This document shows positions 59,773 through 64,000 of a stretch of 64,000 nucleotides of DNA, one piece after another. Numbering within the stretch: the stretch's first letter is position 1; each line of letters starts with the position of its first letter. The DNA is taken from NCBI GenBank assembly GCA_041178425.1, contig JBEGVH010000031.1, positions 1-64,000 of the forward strand. Direction: 5' to 3'. A program made the position numbers and the translations under genes. The DNA is from Pseudomonadota bacterium. Lineage in GTDB: Bacteria; Bdellovibrionota; Bdellovibrionia; Bdellovibrionales; Bdellovibrionaceae. The notes below the pieces were generated by a model. The model was not told where the DNA came from, ran no database searches, and saw only the letters and a list, made by a program, of their open reading frames with translations.

Positions 59773-60634
59773 AAAAAAAATTGGATACTTTGAAAGCTTT
59801 GACGGACAGCAAATTTACTTTGAATCTCGTGGAAAAGGAGAGCCAATTGTTTTTGTTTATGGAATAGCCTGTTTAATAAATCACTGGCACCATCAAATCG
59901 ATTATTTTTCAAGAAGCGCGCGCACTCTGGTCATCGATTTACGCGGACACCACAAGACAGCAAAGCCTCACTCTCTCGATTCGCTCACAATAGAACACAT
60001 TGGAAAAGATTTAAAATTTTTGCTTCAGAGCCTTCGGATTAATAAGGCCCATTTTGTGGGCCATAGTTTTGGCGCACAAGTTCTTCTGAGTGCTTATCAA
60101 AGTAATCCAGAAATGTTTAAGAGTTTAACTCTCATTAACGGTTTTGCCTCAAACCCCGTGAGCGATATGTTCGGGCTAGGAGTAGTAGATAAACTCTACC
60201 ATTTCATTCGAAACAGTTATCGAGATAATCCCGTGATGTGGAAAACCTTGTGGAAATTGGGTGTGGATAGCCCACTCGCTGTTCCATTTACTTCTTTGGC
60301 TGGTGGCTTTAATTTAAAACTTACAAGCCTTAAGGATATTCAAGTCTACGCCAAGGGCGTGTCCAATATGGACCTCGATGTTTTTTTAAAGTTATTTGAA
60401 GAACTAATGAATTATGATGGATCAGCCATTCTGAAAACCATCGAATGTCCTACTCTTGTTATCAGCGGAGAGAATGACAAAGTGACACCTGTAAAGTTTC
60501 AGAAAGAAATGGCTTTCAATATACCTAATTCAGAATTTCTGGTTGTTCCCTATGGGTCTCATTGCACCCAATTAGATTTTCCTGATTATATAAATCTGAA
60601 GCTAGAAAAGTTTTTAATGCTCGAAAACACCTAA
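59759..60634 (+). CDS. Alpha/beta hydrolase
   Basis: DLRGH, GHSFG nucleophile elbow, G..D.VTP, GSH. Confidence 0.9.
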   Translation: MTKIEKKIGYFESFDGQQIYFESRGKGEPIVFVYGIACLINHWHHQIDYFSRSARTLVIDLRGHHKTAKPHSLDSLTIEHIGKDLKFLLQSLRINKAHFVGHSFGAQVLLSAYQSNPEMFKSLTLINGFASNPVSDMFGLGVVDKLYHFIRNSYRDNPVMWKTLWKLGVDSPLAVPFTSLAGGFNLKLTSLKDIQVYAKGVSNMDLDVFLKLFEELMNYDGSAILKTIECPTLVISGENDKVTPVKFQKEMAFNIPNSEFLVVPYGSHCTQLDFPDYINLKLEKFLMLENT

Positions 60635-60659
60635 AGCTCCTATAGATCGGAGCTTTAGG
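60630..60659. terminator. Hairpin between convergent hydrolase and subtilase genes
   Basis: CCTAAAGCTCC-N8-GGAGCTTTAGG, 11-bp stem. Confidence 0.6.
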
Positions 60660-60682
60660 GTTACTTTAAAACGTAAGACAAA

Positions 60683-62314
60683 TTATCGATGCGCCACTTT
60701 GGTTAGTTCAAAGCCATAATCATTGACGCTGTCATCGGCAGTAAATTTAATTTGAACAAAATCTCCAGATACAACGGGTGACCATACGGCTTCCCCTAGA
60801 TCGCCGGTCATTTCTCCAATTTTTTTACCGCTTCTATCAAACAAAACGAGTTTGTCGTAACGAGCCTCAGTATCAAACTTATCGAAGAAGAGCGCGATAT
60901 CTTTGGCTCCCGGAATCTCTACGGTCCAAGTGTCTGTGTATTTTTCAGAATAAGGATGTGGTGTCGAAATACTTAATGCCTGCGTATTTGGCCAATTTGC
61001 GGGATCATTAGGATCCGGTGGAGCCATCTGATTGGTCAATGCCATGTAGGCATCAACAATTCCATTAGAAGCTGATTTTCCTTTTAGACCAGCCAATGGT
61101 TTCGACGTTTTTATTAAACGCTCCCTAACTTTCTCTGGAGTCAGCGTTGGGTCTTGCGACAAAAGCAATGCCACAACTCCTGAAACATGCGGTGTAGCCA
61201 TTGAAGTTCCCGACCAAGAAGCATAGCCGCCAGGGAGGCTACTAAACACGTTAACTCCGGGAGCTGCTACATGAACTGTGCGGCGTCCGAAGCATGAAAA
61301 AGTCGCTAGGCGTCCTCGGTTATCAACCGCCGCTACAGAAATTACGTTTGGAACATTGTAGCTTGCTGGATAAGACGGGCTCTCATCGTTGTTGCCTGAG
61401 TGATTGCCGGCTGCCGCTGTAAAGACGATACCTTTTGCATTTGCCTCATCGATGGCTTCCTTCATTATCTCGGAATATCCACCGCCACCCCATGAGTTAC
61501 TCATGATTTTAACACCCATTTTGGTGGAGTATTTAATGGCTTCGACAGCATCATCTAGACTTCCGCTACCATCTTTACTCAGGAATTTAACTCCCATGAT
61601 TTTTGCATTCCAAGCAACCCCAACAATGCCTTGGTTATCATCGCCTTTGGCCGCAATCGTTCCAGAGCAATGACTTCCGTGGCCATGATCGTCCATTGGA
61701 TCTCCATCCTTATTAACGAAATCATAGCCGTGGATATCATCTACATATCCATTGTTATCATCATCTACTCCAGGTGTGCCGTTGGCCTCTGCCTCGTTAG
61801 TCCAAATATTTCCCTTGAGATCCTTGTGATTGTAGTCGACCCCCGTATCAATAACAGAGATGAGCAGATCTTGATTTCCGGTTTGAATATCCCAAGCCTT
61901 TTCGGCGCCAATATCCACGCCAGCTATTCCTATGCTCTTATTGGAATCGGCCTGACCACTATTAACTAACCCCCATAGCTTGCCAATTTCTGGGTCATTG
62001 GGGAGGCGAGAGGTTCGATAGATATAATTTGGCTCTGCAATCTGAACGACATCAGATTGTAGAAGACGAGAAACAGTTTGTTTTTGGTTTTTGTTATCGT
62101 TTATTTTTAAGACAACAATATCAGAGTTGGGAATCACCCTCTTAACTTTGACGCTCATCCCTTTGTTGAGGGTTAAAAGTGCCGTCTTTTTTGAAACATT
62201 CTTTTTAAGCTGAACAACGTATTCGCCAGCAATAGCCTCTGGATCTGCTCCAAACGCCTTCGACATCGAAAGCAAAATGAGCAATATTAGCTTTTCCCTC
62301 AACCCTCTAAACAT
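60683..62314 (-). CDS. Secreted S8 subtilase with propeptide and C-terminal CUB-like domain
   Basis: IDTG, HGSHCSG, AAGN, GTSMATPH; C-terminal F..FDTEA.YD.L...F.ADDSV..YGF. Confidence 0.95.
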   Translation of the reverse strand: MFRGLREKLILLILLSMSKAFGADPEAIAGEYVVQLKKNVSKKTALLTLNKGMSVKVKRVIPNSDIVVLKINDNKNQKQTVSRLLQSDVVQIAEPNYIYRTSRLPNDPEIGKLWGLVNSGQADSNKSIGIAGVDIGAEKAWDIQTGNQDLLISVIDTGVDYNHKDLKGNIWTNEAEANGTPGVDDDNNGYVDDIHGYDFVNKDGDPMDDHGHGSHCSGTIAAKGDDNQGIVGVAWNAKIMGVKFLSKDGSGSLDDAVEAIKYSTKMGVKIMSNSWGGGGYSEIMKEAIDEANAKGIVFTAAAGNHSGNNDESPSYPASYNVPNVISVAAVDNRGRLATFSCFGRRTVHVAAPGVNVFSSLPGGYASWSGTSMATPHVSGVVALLLSQDPTLTPEKVRERLIKTSKPLAGLKGKSASNGIVDAYMALTNQMAPPDPNDPANWPNTQALSISTPHPYSEKYTDTWTVEIPGAKDIALFFDKFDTEARYDKLVLFDRSGKKIGEMTGDLGEAVWSPVVSGDFVQIKFTADDSVNDYGFELTKVAHR

Positions 62315-62448
62315 GACCCCTCCTTGGAATGACCACTTCTCACTGTGGTACCCGGAAAGTTTATCAAGAATAGAGGTGAAAAGATGCGGCCGAAAGGACC
62401 ATTTTTATTTAATTAATTTTATGAGGATCAATAAATTTAGTTTATACA

Positions 62449-62475
62449 CGACCAGCCCTAGGATCAGGCTGGTCG
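62449..62475 (-). terminator. Hairpin downstream of sdhB
   Basis: CGACCAGCC-N9-GGCTGGTCG; U tract is poor. Confidence 0.4.
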
Positions 62476-62492
62476 CCATAGAAGTAACTCGA

Positions 62493-63290
62493 CTAGCCGT
62501 CTCCGAGCTTTTGACCGGCATCGTGCTTATTCATTGCGGCCGCTACATACTCGCGGTTAAGACGCGCGATTGTTGTTAGGTCAATGCCCTTCGGACACGA
62601 AACCGAACAAGCCCCTGTGTTTGAACAAGCGCCAAATCCTTCGGCATCCATCTGAGCAACCATATTAAGTACTCGTTCTTCCCTCTCAACTTGTCCCTGT
62701 GGCAACAAAGATAGATGCGAAACTTTTGCGCTTGTAAAAAGCATAGCTGATGCATTTTTGCAGCTCGCTACACATGCTCCACATCCAATACACGTTGCTG
62801 CCTCGAATGCCTCGTCGGCGTCACGCTTTCTCACTGGAAGATTATTCGCATCTTGTGCAGTGCCTGTATTTACCGAGACGTATCCACCAGCTGAAATTAT
62901 TCTGTCTAAGGCTGTACGATCTACCATTAGGTCTTTAATGATCGGAAACGCTTGAGCTCTCCAAGGTTCGAGTACAATTTTATCTCCATCTTTAAAGTGA
63001 CGCATATGCAACTGGCAGACTGTGGTTGAGCGCTCAGGACCATGCGCTTCTCCGTCGATCATAAATCCGCAACTACCACAAATTCCCTCACGACAGTCGT
63101 GATCGAATGCAATCGGGTCGCCTCCGTCAGCAATTATCTGCTCATTAACAGCGTCGAGCATTTCTAGAAAGGAGGCGTCGGTTGACACTCCCTTTGCCTG
63201 GTAATCAACAAATTGACCCTCGTTTTTGGGGCCCTTTTGTCGCCAAACTTTTAAAACTAAATCAATATTTTTTGATTGATTAGAAGCCAT
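62493..63290 (-). CDS. sdhB: Succinate dehydrogenase/fumarate reductase Fe-S subunit
   Basis: [32 protein letters not shown]. Confidence 0.95.
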   Translation of the reverse strand: MASNQSKNIDLVLKVWRQKGPKNEGQFVDYQAKGVSTDASFLEMLDAVNEQIIADGGDPIAFDHDCREGICGSCGFMIDGEAHGPERSTTVCQLHMRHFKDGDKIVLEPWRAQAFPIIKDLMVDRTALDRIISAGGYVSVNTGTAQDANNLPVRKRDADEAFEAATCIGCGACVASCKNASAMLFTSAKVSHLSLLPQGQVEREERVLNMVAQMDAEGFGACSNTGACSVSCPKGIDLTTIARLNREYVAAAMNKHDAGQKLGDG

Positions 63291-63302
63291 GATTCTCTCC
63301 CA

Positions 63303-64000
63303 TTACTTATAACTTCGGGTTGCAAGCTTAACATTCTCGAAGGTCAGTGCTTCTTTATGTAAACTTTGCTTTTTGTTAGTACCTTGCCACTCCCATGCAG
63401 CAACATGACAGAAGTTCTCATCGTCACGCTGAGCTTCTCCCTCAGAGGTCTGATATTCTTCTCTAAAGTGTCCTCCACACGACTCCTTACGCTCGAGAGC
63501 GTCCAAACACATTAGTTCTCCTTGTTCTAAGAAATCTGCAACTCGGCTAGCCTTCTCAAGCTCTGGGTTAACGTAATTAAGATCGCCGGGGACTTTAACA
63601 TTATTCCAGAATTCTTCGCGAAGCTTTGGAATGGACTCAAGAGCTTTCTTCAAACCAGCCTCATTGCGTCCCATACCACAATATTCCCACATAGTGCGGC
63701 CAAGTTCTTTATGGAAGCTTTCCACTGTTCTTCCGCCCTTGATCGACAACAATTTTTGGAGTTCCTGCTGAACGCCCTGATGAGCTTCTTTGAAACCATC
63801 ATGGGCAGGTGATACTTTCTCAAGATTTGTTCCCGCTAGGTAGTTGCCAACGGTGTATGGCAAAACAAAGTATCCGTCTGCCAGACCTTGCATGAGAGCA
63901 GAGGCCCCAAGGCGGTTGGCTCCGTGATCAGAGAAGTTTGCTTCTCCGGCGACGAATAAGCCTGGAATAGTACTCATAAGGTTGTAATCAACCCAAAGGC
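63303..64000 (-). CDS. sdhA: Succinate dehydrogenase/fumarate reductase flavoprotein (5' part outside window)
   Basis: [39 protein letters not shown]. Confidence 0.95.
   Translation of the reverse strand, partial: LWVDYNLMSTIPGLFVAGEANFSDHGANRLGASALMQGLADGYFVLPYTVGNYLAGTNLEKVSPAHDGFKEAHQGVQQELQKLLSIKGGRTVESFHKELGRTMWEYCGMGRNEAGLKKALESIPKLREEFWNNVKVPGDLNYVNPELEKASRVADFLEQGELMCLDALERKESCGGHFREEYQTSEGEAQRDDENFCHVAAWEWQGTNKKQSLHKEALTFENVKLATRSYK

Overview
Bacterial core-genome segment with about 63 protein-coding genes, mostly on the minus strand. I found no rRNA, tRNA, CRISPR array, prophage or IS element. Gene content and style point to a Bdellovibrionota (Bdellovibrionales-like) predator: a Bd0055-like histone next to ligA/gatCAB, an FQNC-type lipoprotein, and a secreted subtilase. 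This taxonomic call is inference. Housekeeping blocks: pcnB, tatA, bamE, secA, trmL; mdh-sucC-sucD-ndk-rlmD-pilF-rodZ-GT39; an Mla-like ABC set; sfsA; lipA-E2-E3-lipB; exbB/exbD; rho-rpmE2-prfA-prmC-murA; gatCAB-ppx; ligA; lptM-dapF-dapA-dapB; ftsK; queE-fis-dnaB; rpsF-DUF2232-rplI; sdhA/B. Most notable observations: (1) a 64-aa bacterial histone; (2) two tandem MlaF-like ATPases whose three non-canonical residues all map to one composite ATP site; (3) a lipoprotein with LysM-like domains, a 21-proline run and a C-terminal membrane anchor, possibly anchored at both ends; (4) trmL has no canonical start codon and lies in frame behind the upstream gene's UAG; (5) a GGA-rich structured leader with a consensus CsrA site; (6) Rho with a long low-complexity N-terminus; (7) FtsK with altered motor motifs; (8) an S6:S18 leader kept although rpsR is absent from the operon; (9) several intact genes that appear to have lost catalytic or ligand-binding residues (GGCT, PHP, sulfatase, HPPK, FHA). 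All family calls come from motif recognition by eye; no database search was run.
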